Assembly: GCA_964581555.1 (NCBI GenBank)
Contig: CAZOOY010000001.1
Location: forward strand, 1-54,580
Reading direction: 5' to 3'
DNA from: an uncultured Staphylococcus sp.
GTDB taxonomy: Bacteria; Bacteroidota; Bacteroidia; Bacteroidales; Muribaculaceae
Length of the DNA stretch: 54,580 nt
A program made the translations under genes and the position numbers. The notes beneath the pieces are model-generated. The model saw nothing but the letters and a program-made list of their open reading frames with translations. It searched no databases and was not told the origin of the DNA. Below, piece by piece: positions 18,250 to 28,800 of this stretch; position 1 is the first letter of the stretch; each line of letters starts with the position of its first letter.

Positions 18250-20400
18250 TTAATTCTGTGTCATGAATTTCCAAGTTACATTTCCGATGGAGTTAGGCTT
18301 CCCTTTTTCAGGCTTAGAGATTGTACCTTTAAGTTTACCGTTCTTCTGACGCTCCACCTTTATATCACGCCAGGAGTATGCGCCCTTCTCGTAATCATAG
18401 CTCACTCCATCATCATCATAAAGACGATAAGCGCCATCGGCGTTTCCGTAGTGTCTGATCTCAAGGTCTGTCTTTTCTCCGGGTGAAGGGGCATGGAGAC
18501 GCGGCTCCATCATCGGAATAATGCCACCATCCTTTACATAGACCGGGATGCGGTCAAGACCCGGAGTTACTTCGATCGTCTCACCGTTACCGGCATATTC
18601 ACCGGTGTAGAAGTCAAACCAATCCCCTTTGGGGAGAATAACCTTGCGGGATGTCTCGCCCGCAAACATTGGCGCAACAAGGAGGTACTCACCTGCCATA
18701 TATTGATCTTTTATCTCCTTGGTCACGGCCTCAAGATAAGGATTATCCTCAAGATTCTTCTCCTTAAGCTCTGTCACGACACCGCTCTCCGGACTGAAAC
18801 CGGGTTCGAGATTCATGGCACGGAATGGAGGTATTCCGTCAAAATGATAGCGTGCAAATTCAGTGTACCAGTAAGGCATCATCTGCATTCTCAACATGGC
18901 GTATTCCTTGACCTGATCGGCAACCTCGGGAAACGACCAAGGTTTTGTTCCGCTTGCCCAGGCATTGATCATAGCCATCGGCGAAAATACAACTGACTGG
19001 AAACGCCGCAGCCACTCTTCGGCTGTCTTTGATCCTCTCACTTCGGGAGTCCAGAGCACACCGCTGAATCCTGAATTAATCAGAGCCGTGATGAAATCCT
19101 TGTGACTGTAATAATCATTGTAAAGTACGTAAGGCATCGAATTGGCTCCTGCATTGGAGGCACGCACAAGCCCGAAGGTACGGTTATTGCGTTTTCTGAA
19201 AAGATCGTCTGTCGTGCGCTGCACCCACAGTCCGTAGGTCTGTCGCATCTGTTCGGCCGACACTCCCGAAGGAAACTCCGCGACATCGGGCCATATGTAG
19301 AAATCGTATCCGTCAACCTCATCGATCTTGTATCCGCTGACCCCGAGATTAAGATGCTCCTTTTCCAGCTTGTCCTTCCATAATTTTTCAGCTTCGGGAT
19401 CCGCAAAGTCAGGGACGATTCCACACCAGACCGTGTGAGAACCACTGTGGGGATACATACTTTTATAAATACCGGACTCAGGCGAAACGTAAGGATTGGT
19501 CCATAGGTTTATGCGGACATTCTTGTCAAGCATTTTGGAGACAAAACCCTCCGGATCAGGGAAACGGGTCTTGTCCCACTCAAAGCTACAGGGATAAGCC
19601 TTGCTTTGCCAACCGGGCTCAAGGCCAATGAAATCAAGAGGATACCCCATACGCTCAAACTCATCGGCTTCACGTTCCACCTGCTCGGCGTCATAGAGTT
19701 TCTGGGTACGCTGAGTGAATCCGAGTCCCCAGCGGGGAGGAAGTGTACCTCCACCGCAGAAGAGATTATAACGACGGACCACATCCATCGGCGTCGGGCC
19801 GGCAAACAGATAGATCTCAGCTCCGGGAGCCGGGACGATGATTGAAACCGCATCAGAATAGGGTCTGGCTGACCAAGTCTTATCCGTATTCCTATCCTTC
19901 GCAACCGGTGCCTCCGGACTATCCTTTCGGGAACCTGATCCGGCATAAACGGTGAGATAACGGGCGGAGTTGATGAAGACACCGTAACCGTCGCTTGAGA
20001 CATAGAAGGGAACCGGAGCATGGGTACGACCGTTATCCTTCCCCCCATAATGATCCACGTGGAGGTTGAGGATCTTACCCCGCTGGTGGACACTCTGGAA
20101 ATTGAGACCGAAACCGTAGAGTTGTTCCCCCTTAACAAGAGGGATGCTTATGTTTGTCTTACCGTCACGGATCTGTCCGGTAATCCTGTCGGCAAGCGCC
20201 GGAAGTGTTACCGAGGGTAGGCGGTTGAAACCTTCACTCGCCGGAGTGCATCCGGCCACTGACAGGAGTGAATAATCCTCAGGTGTACCGATTATTCCTT
20301 TCCACACTCCCGGTTCTACCTCTGTCCATTTGATTCCGGCCGAAACCGTAAAGAGTGCGAATGAGCAGAGGAGTAGAACATATATTTTCTTAATATTCAT
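18250..20400 (-). CDS. GH31 glycosidase, probably of the alpha-galactosidase type
   Basis: PVPFYVSSDGYGVF, LPPRWGLGF, WDKTRFPDP, GYKIDEVDG (nucleophile), YVLYNDYY (acid/base), DQYMAG..LLVAP, LYDDDG. Confidence 0.88.
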   Translation of the reverse strand: MNIKKIYVLLLCSFALFTVSAGIKWTEVEPGVWKGIIGTPEDYSLLSVAGCTPASEGFNRLPSVTLPALADRITGQIRDGKTNISIPLVKGEQLYGFGLNFQSVHQRGKILNLHVDHYGGKDNGRTHAPVPFYVSSDGYGVFINSARYLTVYAGSGSRKDSPEAPVAKDRNTDKTWSARPYSDAVSIIVPAPGAEIYLFAGPTPMDVVRRYNLFCGGGTLPPRWGLGFTQRTQKLYDAEQVEREADEFERMGYPLDFIGLEPGWQSKAYPCSFEWDKTRFPDPEGFVSKMLDKNVRINLWTNPYVSPESGIYKSMYPHSGSHTVWCGIVPDFADPEAEKLWKDKLEKEHLNLGVSGYKIDEVDGYDFYIWPDVAEFPSGVSAEQMRQTYGLWVQRTTDDLFRKRNNRTFGLVRASNAGANSMPYVLYNDYYSHKDFITALINSGFSGVLWTPEVRGSKTAEEWLRRFQSVVFSPMAMINAWASGTKPWSFPEVADQVKEYAMLRMQMMPYWYTEFARYHFDGIPPFRAMNLEPGFSPESGVVTELKEKNLEDNPYLEAVTKEIKDQYMAGEYLLVAPMFAGETSRKVILPKGDWFDFYTGEYAGNGETIEVTPGLDRIPVYVKDGGIIPMMEPRLHAPSPGEKTDLEIRHYGNADGAYRLYDDDGVSYDYEKGAYSWRDIKVERQKNGKLKGTISKPEKGKPNSIGNVTWKFMTQN

Positions 20401-20421
20401 AATGACATCATTTTAATATTG

Positions 20422-22377
20422 TTACTCAATGACCGCTGCAAAGCCGCCGTTACCAAGGAGTTTCACGCTCACGAGGCCATCCGTCCGATTTATCTTTTTC
20501 TCCCCGAAGGTATCTGCGTCTTCTCCGTCAGTGATGAGTGTGAAACTCTTCCCGATACATTCAGGCGGAAGGGAAAAAGTGATCACACGCTCGACATTTC
20601 GTCCGTTGATACCTCCAAGATACCACTTGTCACCCTTGCGACGGCATATCACCGCATAATCCGAAGGATAACCTGCAAGCAGCCTGCTCTCATCCCAAGC
20701 GGCGGGGATCTCCTTAAGAAAATTCTTCGGTCCTTCCGGCAATCCGAGGTAGGCCTCCGCACGGTCAGCAAAACACTGGAAACCTGATTCGAAAACTACA
20801 GCAAGTGCAAGCTGGTGGGCCACGGAAGTCTGACGTGCCGCCGGGACTCCCTGACGTATCTTGTCGGAGAATGTCACGGGAGTATAGTCCATGGATCCGA
20901 CGACATTACGGGTGAACGGCACGGTGGCATTATGCTCGGCGGCACGGGCACATCGGGCAGGCTGGCCGAGTGTTTCTGCGCCACGAATGGCTTCAGTGGT
21001 CATGAGATTTGGATATGTTCTCTCGAAACCTCGCGGCAGTGTAGCGCCATGAAAGTCAACCATAAGTCCATATTCCGCGGCATCCTTCAGGATCTCAGGA
21101 TAGAGGGCAATTATTGCCTGCTTGTCAGTGTCGAAGAAATCCACTTTTATACCTTTCACTCCCATCCGGCTGATACGTTCCATCTCCGCCCGCCGGCGAG
21201 CTGGATCGGACATGATGCGATTCTGCACCTTGGCTTCCGCACCCTGGCCGGATCCCGAATGATACCATAGCCAGATACCTACGCCATTCTTATTGGCATA
21301 CTCGACAACGCCTTCCACTCCCCGGCCGTCCATATTTTCCCAACCGGCATCTATCAGCGAATATTCCCAGCCCATATCCAGGCAAAAGTCGACATATTTT
21401 ATCTGGTCGGCATATCGTGTGGCTGACCATCCGTCATACCACCAGCTCCAAGCCGAGCGTCCGGCCTTGATCCAGCTCTCATCCTCGATCACCGAGGGAG
21501 GATTAAGAGACTGTACTATCTGAGTGGAGAATATGTCGTTGAGTTCATCTCCCACAACCACCACACGCCAGGGAGTCAACCAGGGATAGGACGATACAGG
21601 ACGAGGGTCATCAGGAATTACGGGCTCGTCGGCCTCCGGGAAACGGATACGGTAGCATCCGCCTTCACCTGAATTATCGACATGAGTGGCGGGATACGAC
21701 CCGTCAAGATAAGCTTCGGTCACCATCATCCATCGCGTGGAATCGGCTGTCTGAAACAACATCGGGTAAGCCCATCCTCTGTCATGACCGGGAAGGGAAT
21801 TAACCTTTATATTATTTTGGCTATACTGTTCGTAGCTTGGCTTATGACGGTCATTCCAGTCGTAGGGATGAATCCAGGCTCTCCCGTCGGCGGGAACTGA
21901 AAATTCAGTGAATTCGGCATTGATCGTATCATTTATACCGGAGTCGCCATACAGTTTGTAGCGGAAAGCCGCTCCGTCGTCATAAGTCCTCACGATGAGG
22001 TCAAACAATGATCCATCTCCTGCACGGAACGTATAGACTACTTCCTCACATCTGTCACGACCGCCGAGTCGCTTGCCGGAATGCAGACGGTAAGGCGTAT
22101 CGATTGACTTACGGGAACTCTTTTCCAGTTTCACATTCCTTCCGAGATCGACTCCGCGTCGCTCCAGTCCGAGCCGTGAGGGGTTAATCATTGTTATGCC
22201 GTCGTGGTAGACGCTATATGAAAGATCTCCGTCGGGATTGATATCAGTGACGAACTTTACCCGGCCGTCGGGTGAAAGCGCAGTGAGCTTCCGGGCTTCT
22301 CCACCGATTGCTGCCATGGCAAACATCGACAGACAGAGGATGACACCCGCAGTCTTTATTTTAAGATTATCAGTCAT
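20422..22377 (-). CDS. GH97 glycosidase, retaining type (likely alpha-galactosidase)
   Basis: SPDGR N-terminus, TPWRV, LIDAGW, GIKVDFF (Asp nucleophile of retaining GH97), FHG, RTYPN..EAIRGAE, PFTRNVVGSMDYTP. Confidence 0.93.
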   Translation of the reverse strand: MTDNLKIKTAGVILCLSMFAMAAIGGEARKLTALSPDGRVKFVTDINPDGDLSYSVYHDGITMINPSRLGLERRGVDLGRNVKLEKSSRKSIDTPYRLHSGKRLGGRDRCEEVVYTFRAGDGSLFDLIVRTYDDGAAFRYKLYGDSGINDTINAEFTEFSVPADGRAWIHPYDWNDRHKPSYEQYSQNNIKVNSLPGHDRGWAYPMLFQTADSTRWMMVTEAYLDGSYPATHVDNSGEGGCYRIRFPEADEPVIPDDPRPVSSYPWLTPWRVVVVGDELNDIFSTQIVQSLNPPSVIEDESWIKAGRSAWSWWYDGWSATRYADQIKYVDFCLDMGWEYSLIDAGWENMDGRGVEGVVEYANKNGVGIWLWYHSGSGQGAEAKVQNRIMSDPARRRAEMERISRMGVKGIKVDFFDTDKQAIIALYPEILKDAAEYGLMVDFHGATLPRGFERTYPNLMTTEAIRGAETLGQPARCARAAEHNATVPFTRNVVGSMDYTPVTFSDKIRQGVPAARQTSVAHQLALAVVFESGFQCFADRAEAYLGLPEGPKNFLKEIPAAWDESRLLAGYPSDYAVICRRKGDKWYLGGINGRNVERVITFSLPPECIGKSFTLITDGEDADTFGEKKINRTDGLVSVKLLGNGGFAAVIE

Positions 22378-22386
22378 TACAATTTT

Positions 22387-23757
22387 TTATTTATATATCG
22401 ACATATCGCCATCCTCACATATGATTTCCGGACGGGCATCGGGAGTCTTGAGCTCAAAAGTAACATTCTTCAGTTTAAGTCCGCGGACGTGACGGGCCCA
22501 TACTCCGTATGCAGGAATCTTGGGAGCGAAAGTCGAGACTTCGGGATAGGCGTCCTCCGCTTCCGGTACCTTACTGAGCGCATCCTCGGGAGTGCCGCCA
22601 CCAAGCAGACGGATGTGGATATTTTCGAGAGTTAAATTAGTAATATAATGTCCCGGTATACCTGTTATAAGAATCCCCGAAGGAGGATCGAGCTGTGCCT
22701 TATCAGCCGCCACAGCCATCACGTTGCGAACGATAACATTCTCGAATGTTCCGATAGGTTGTTTCTCATCCTCGTTCTTGCGGAACACACTCAGACGAGA
22801 TCCCAGGCGAAAAAGCATCGGAGTGCGTACCTCGCTCATGGTAATATCACTTATCTCCACATTGCGAAGATGGGCACCATCAACCGAAAAAAGCTTTATG
22901 CCGCCATTTCTGGTCTCGTAGATATGACAATTGGAGATCTTGATGTTCTCGAACGGCGCCATTGACTCGGTGCCCATCTTGATCCCGGCCTGATTTGATT
23001 TAAGTCGCATATTCGTGACGATAATATCGTCACATCCGGCCTTTGAAGATGTGGTCTTGAAACAGAGGGCGTCGTCACCGCTCACGATATCACAGTTGCT
23101 TATGCGGACGTGCTTGCAGCCATCAATGTTTATTCCATCATTGTGGGCTACACCGAAACTTCGGATAGTGATGCTGTCGATAGTCACGTCATTGCATCGG
23201 AAATAGTGGGAAGTCCATGCTCCGGCAAACTTTAGCGTCACGTTTTTGACATTGACTCCTTCACATCTCACCCACCGCAAAAGGAAAGGGCGCATGCCCC
23301 ATCGTTTCCCTTCAGGGCGGGTATCTTCCTTAATGTGGCGCTCCTTCAGGGCGCGTCCCTGTCCGTCAATGACACCCCGGCCCGTGATAGAAACATTCTT
23401 GGCATCGACAGCCACAAGGAGTGCGGTACCTACGTCAATACCGAGACCTTCTGTGAAAGGATCCAGATTACGGTAAGCCTTATAGTCAGTGGTGCCGAGG
23501 ATCGTAGCACCCTCTTCAAGATGGAAATCCACATTATTTTTCAACTCTATGGTTGCCGAGAGATATGTGCCTGCCGGCACAATCACCTGTCCGCCACCTG
23601 CGGCAGTACATGCATCAATAGCCTTCTGGATAGCAGAAGTGTCGAGGCGCTTGCCATCACCTTTGGCCCCATATTTTCTGACATTAAATGTGGCGGCATC
23701 GAGACTCAAACCGGCAGAAAGCAGAAGGGAAAGTAAACTCAGAAATATCTTTTTCAT
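22387..23757 (-). CDS. GH28 galacturonidase-like beta-helix protein
   Basis: YGAKGDG...AIQKAIDAC, ITGRGVIDGQG, HNDGINID, SGDDALCFK, IKMGTES. Confidence 0.9.
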   Translation of the reverse strand: MKKIFLSLLSLLLSAGLSLDAATFNVRKYGAKGDGKRLDTSAIQKAIDACTAAGGGQVIVPAGTYLSATIELKNNVDFHLEEGATILGTTDYKAYRNLDPFTEGLGIDVGTALLVAVDAKNVSITGRGVIDGQGRALKERHIKEDTRPEGKRWGMRPFLLRWVRCEGVNVKNVTLKFAGAWTSHYFRCNDVTIDSITIRSFGVAHNDGINIDGCKHVRISNCDIVSGDDALCFKTTSSKAGCDDIIVTNMRLKSNQAGIKMGTESMAPFENIKISNCHIYETRNGGIKLFSVDGAHLRNVEISDITMSEVRTPMLFRLGSRLSVFRKNEDEKQPIGTFENVIVRNVMAVAADKAQLDPPSGILITGIPGHYITNLTLENIHIRLLGGGTPEDALSKVPEAEDAYPEVSTFAPKIPAYGVWARHVRGLKLKNVTFELKTPDARPEIICEDGDMSIYK

Positions 23758-23772
23758 ATCCTTTATCCGTTA

Positions 23773-25731
23773 TTATTTTACCTCCTTGACAAGTCCTATG
23801 CTGTGGATGCGGTTACCTCGGCGCCCGGGCATCTCCATCTGGAGCTGAGATTTTCCTTTCTTGAGATTTACGGGGAAATAGTATTCACGGGGAGTGTTAC
23901 CGATCGAAGTCAGCCAACCATAATTCTCGGTAGCTTTCTCTCCATTGATGAAAATAAAAGCGGGAGCGGGATCACTGCCTGTGTAGACCGTCTTCAGGAG
24001 ATAAGTGCCGCTCTCGGGCACTTCAACCGTCCAGGTTGCAAGATTGCGGGCCTTGCTCCGTTCACCCGAAAGGGCCAGATGGCCGTTCTCATTGATGATA
24101 AATGTGCCCTCAGTCACAGCCTGCGAGGGAGTGTAATTATTCACATCATTTACGACCTTGACTACCATATCCTGACGAGCCTGCTTCCCATCTTTTCCTT
24201 TCACTTCAAGGGAATACGAGGTAGTGCGCGAGGGACTGACAGTGAGGGTGCCCTTAGCGGCAACTTTCTTGCCATTTAGTTTCACCTCTTCCCCATTGGA
24301 TGCCTCCCAACTGATCTGCGCTTTACCGCCCTTGTTGATGACATAACGATCGGAATAGAATGACTCAACAGCCGGGCGATCAGCATCAAGGGGAACGCGA
24401 TAGAGTTCGATACCGTCACCGGTGCCGAGATTACGGCTATACTGACGGTCATCCGGATTATTCCAATGCTCATGCACTCCGAGACTCTTCAACCCGGCAT
24501 TGACATATCTTGTTCCGGAAGGTGGATTGCCGATATTTGCAGCTTCGTGAAGAAAATTGTCAGCATTTGCGGTCAGAGGCAGCTCGGAAAAGATGAAATC
24601 AAGGACGACCGACTCGATCGCAACCGGGTCATTGGATGCAAGGAAACTTGAAGTCCAGCCGTCATTGAAAGGAGCACGCTTGAATTTCACGGCCTTGCCG
24701 TTATGCTTGGGATTGACATACATTGCATCCACAATATACACAAGAGTGTTTTCTCCTAACTTCTCATGAGCCATAAGGTCGACGATACAGTTATAGGTAC
24801 CCATACCTCTTTTACCTGACCAGTCACGGATAGAATAGTGCAGCGGCGGAACATTGGCTATCGACCCGAACTGGTTCTTACCGGTACACGTGATTCCTGT
24901 CTGTCCGGCTCCGTTGCTCCACTTGTCGGTGGGCTGTGAGTGACGCTTCATCAGAGCCATATTGATCATATAGTCCGCGTCGTAAGCCGCCTTTGCAAGA
25001 CTACGCGCACCCGGATCGGTGATCTCGCTTGAATATGTGATCGCATCCGGGACAAACCCGCCCCAGTTCTGATAATTCACATTGGGATACAGAGGCTCGA
25101 CATAAGTGTAGACGGCAGAAATACCGCGTCGCTGCGCGTCATAGACGGTTATATCCTCCTGAGGGACCCCTACGATATCAACGAGCTGATGCAGAAGTGC
25201 GACGACCGACTGAGGAGTCGCATCAATAATGTTCGATCCTCCGTTGTCATTGAGATTGATCTTGACGGCGACCTTCTCTCCGGGCTTATAGCCGACGGCA
25301 CCCTTTCCCTTCCTTTCATTGAAAGTCCGGAAAAGCTGATCCCATGCTTCGGAGGGAGTGGAGCCTGTTGTAAGAGACATTATGACACCTTCCATCATAT
25401 CATCCACTCGGGTCTGGCTGTTATTGTCGGCATCCGAGTAGAGCCCATGCTCCCCGTCCCAGGCTGCGGCTTTGGGGTCGTGAGCCCACGCCACTCGTCC
25501 GGGGTGTATACCGCGGGCTATACCCATGGGAGAATTGGGGAGGTCCGTCGGGACGAAAGAACCCATATCGGTGTTAAGATCATCCTTGTCGGTCTGCTGA
25601 GCTGATACAGTAAACCCCGGCGCCCAATAGGCGCCGAGGGTCAGAACTCCGGCCAACGATAAATGCCTGTATATTCTATGTAATCTTCCGAGGGAAAGAT
25701 TACCTGCTCCGGTATTAGTAGTTTTTTTCAC
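23773..25731 (-). CDS. Secreted DUF362-domain protein with C-terminal Ig-like and CBM6/CBM35-like modules
   Basis: GTG start and long signal peptide. DUF362 motifs GEKVAVKIN, ADYMINMALMKRH, GITCTGKNQFG, ASNDPVAIE. C-terminal beta-sandwich pattern ATWTVEVPESGTY...VNLKKG. Confidence 0.75.
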   Translation of the reverse strand: MKKTTNTGAGNLSLGRLHRIYRHLSLAGVLTLGAYWAPGFTVSAQQTDKDDLNTDMGSFVPTDLPNSPMGIARGIHPGRVAWAHDPKAAAWDGEHGLYSDADNNSQTRVDDMMEGVIMSLTTGSTPSEAWDQLFRTFNERKGKGAVGYKPGEKVAVKINLNDNGGSNIIDATPQSVVALLHQLVDIVGVPQEDITVYDAQRRGISAVYTYVEPLYPNVNYQNWGGFVPDAITYSSEITDPGARSLAKAAYDADYMINMALMKRHSQPTDKWSNGAGQTGITCTGKNQFGSIANVPPLHYSIRDWSGKRGMGTYNCIVDLMAHEKLGENTLVYIVDAMYVNPKHNGKAVKFKRAPFNDGWTSSFLASNDPVAIESVVLDFIFSELPLTANADNFLHEAANIGNPPSGTRYVNAGLKSLGVHEHWNNPDDRQYSRNLGTGDGIELYRVPLDADRPAVESFYSDRYVINKGGKAQISWEASNGEEVKLNGKKVAAKGTLTVSPSRTTSYSLEVKGKDGKQARQDMVVKVVNDVNNYTPSQAVTEGTFIINENGHLALSGERSKARNLATWTVEVPESGTYLLKTVYTGSDPAPAFIFINGEKATENYGWLTSIGNTPREYYFPVNLKKGKSQLQMEMPGRRGNRIHSIGLVKEVK

Positions 25732-25771
25732 GCTGTATTGATTTTATTAGATTTGGCATGTGTTAACAATG

Positions 25772-25840
25772 CAAAGATAAAATCAATATACAACATGGAT
25801 TTAAACTATTATTCCATTTGTTTCAATTTTTATATCAAAA
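25772..25840 (-). promoter_or_regulatory. Promoter of the DUF362-GH28-GH97-GH31-GH36-GH27-six-hairpin unit: -7 box plus candidate HTCS repeat
   Basis: Minus strand TATCTTTG (25772-25779). 20 nt away, plus-strand TTTAAACTATTATTCCATTT-g-TTTCAATTTTTATATCAAAA (21-nt period). Confidence 0.6.
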
Positions 25841-25876
25841 TCATATTTTATTGAAAATCTGATGGTTCCCGTACTT

Positions 25877-28800
25877 TTATCTTTTCACATAGATCAATTC
25901 TATCCCTTCATTCTCTCCGAGATTACGGCTGTACTGCTTATCGGAAGGGTTGTTCCAGTGCTCGAGCACACCAAGACTTTTCAGTGCTGTCCCGTCTCCT
26001 TCAGGGTCGTAGGTTGTACCGGAAGGAGGATTTCCGGCAAGAGCGGCCTCCACGAGATACATGTCACAATAGTCCACATCCGCCATCGCGGGAAACTCGG
26101 ATGAAAGGAAATCTATCCCAACTGCATCAATGGCCACCCCATCCTGAGAGCCGAAAAGTGAGCAAGGCCAGTCACGGTTGAATGGAGCCATCTTCCATTT
26201 CCCTGAGGGAGCACCATTGACATCCATTGATCCATACAGACCGTCGATCAGGAAAAGCATGGTTTTTCCTCCGAGATCCTTATGGCCCATGTAGTCTGTG
26301 AAGGTCATATAGCGTGGACGGCCGGTGCGGCTCTGGTTGAAATTGTTGTGCTGGTTTTTGCGGAAGTTTCGGTTGATATCTGTCGCACCATACCAATTTT
26401 TTGCACAAAGTGTCACGCCCTGTCCTCCATGTCCTTTCAGAAGTGCAACATTTATAAGATAGTCTGCATCGATCACACAGTTTGCCAGTCCGCGGGCAAG
26501 TTTACCGTTGTCACTGCTGTAAGTGATGGCATCTTCTGTATATGTTGCTTTCTCGCGACCCTCGGTTCCTTCATTATCTACGTAATGTACGTTCGGAAAC
26601 TCTTCATGACATTTTTTATAAAGTGCATCGGTCATGAAACGGCTTGCATCAAAGAGAGTAATGGCATCCTGAGGTACACCTCCTTCGTTCACGAGGCTTC
26701 GGAGAAGAGAAAGTGTGAGATGGGGAGAGGCATTGATCTGTTCGTTGTCAGCATATTCGAAGGTATTATTGAGATTAAGCTTCACAGCAATTTTCTCACC
26801 CTTTTTGTACCCTCTTTTCTTGCGACCGGTACGCTTGTTGAAATCATTGAACAGCGCGTTCCAGGCCTCAGCTTGTGAAAGTTCTCCGGTAAGAGTCGTG
26901 AGGACATCGGCTACCATTCCGTCTGTCGCTTCCTGACTGTTCCACTTGTCCTCATACCATCTTCCTTCGCCGGGGATCCAGCGTGCTGCACCGGGAGCAT
27001 GGCTCCATGCCACACGTCCGGGATGGATACCTCTCCCCTTTCCCACGGGATGATTCTTACCCCATGCCATACGGGGTTCGGATTGACCGGCTACATTCAA
27101 GTCGATATTCTTACTCCTGACCACTCCAACAGGTTCACGGCGATTTTCATTGGGAGCTACTTCCAGATCAATCACTTTTGCTCCGAAAACATCATCAAAA
27201 TAAACAGCATATCTACCATCCTTGGTCTCGGCCTCTATCCGACAATCGTTCATCCCGACATTTCTGGCGTGACGGAACCAATAGCCATAGGCGGGCTGGA
27301 TTTTCATATCGACCACATTATAGCGGCCCACACCTATCTCCGGCGGAACGGCATCAGCGTCGGCAGCCGGATGACCGCCCTTTACCGTCATATTCACATC
27401 ATTGAACACTATATTCTCGATATAACCTGTGTGGCGCCCGTCAGGAAGAGTGAAGTCGAGTCCACCTTCCACAGCTTCTGTGTCAGGGAGCTTGAATCCT
27501 GCTATTATAGCCGATGCTTCTGTCTGAGTGCCGTCATACGGTTTCCAGCGCTCTTTCTTGAAAGAGGATCCACCATAAACCTCCGAGATATCCACACCAT
27601 TAATAAATATATTCTCCACACGCCCGATATTTGAATTTGTGACAAGAAGCTCTTCACGCTTGCCACCGTTCTCCTCGAAAGAATACTTTTTCACGTCGGC
27701 ACCTATCACACGTCCACGATTAGAGATAGAGATAAAGAATGGCGCACGCGTACGCTTCATTTTTGAGCGAGAATGTATCGGTCCTGTCTTTCCGCTATTC
27801 AGATAGACGTTGGAGATACATGCCCCGTCATTAGTGGAAATCGAGAATCCGGCCTTATTGGCACCGAGCACATATATATTGTCTATGTACAGATCCTTGA
27901 TGTCATCAGCGGTCTCGGACCCGATCTGGAATAAGTTGCAGTTGGTATCACCGACAATGTTACGCACGAGATAATTGGAGACGGGGCGGGTGAATCCGAG
28001 CGAACAGTCCGAACCGGGTTTGACTATGTCATCCGAACAAACTTTGGAATAGATATTATAGGCTCTCACATCATTGCATCCCATGAAATCATATATATCG
28101 CGGGCATTGGATACATCATGTTTTCCGAAATATGTGTCATGAACATATATACCGTCAGTGCCTGTTGCAAGAAGCACAAAATGTCCACCCTGGTCAATGT
28201 GAAGCATTCCCGGCTCACCGAAAATCTTTTTTTCACCGTCAATATAATATGGCTCATCCTTCTCCTCGTCATACCACATGTCGCGGTCACTCTCTATACC
28301 TCCTATCTCGATATCCTTGCAGAGCTTGAAGGTGAACATCTTGTCCGAGCGACGATGAGGCTCGTTATTCATTACCTTATCGGTGGTGATGAGATTTCCG
28401 TTACCTGTGATACGTCCCGTGCCGACTATCTTCACATTCTCCACCCTTTCGCCATGGAACATGGTATTATGGAAGAAAGTGTGACCGACGTCCTGCTTCG
28501 TCAGATAGTTTTCAGGATCCTTATATGGTCCGGGATCCGTTGGCGAGAGACCCGACCGGTAACCGCGGTCACTGAACCAGGTTGTCTCCGGTGCGTCACC
28601 ACCTGGGAGAGCCTTTATGACTGCTGCACTGTCAACATGAAGCCACACATTGCTGCGCATGTGAAGTGTGCGCACAGGGAATTCCCCTTTGCCGAAGCGG
28701 ATCACTCCGCCCCCGAGATCAGCGGCATATTGGATAAGAGTATTGAGAGCATCGGTATCATCCGTCACTCCATCACCCTTCGCTCCATATTTCTTCGGAT

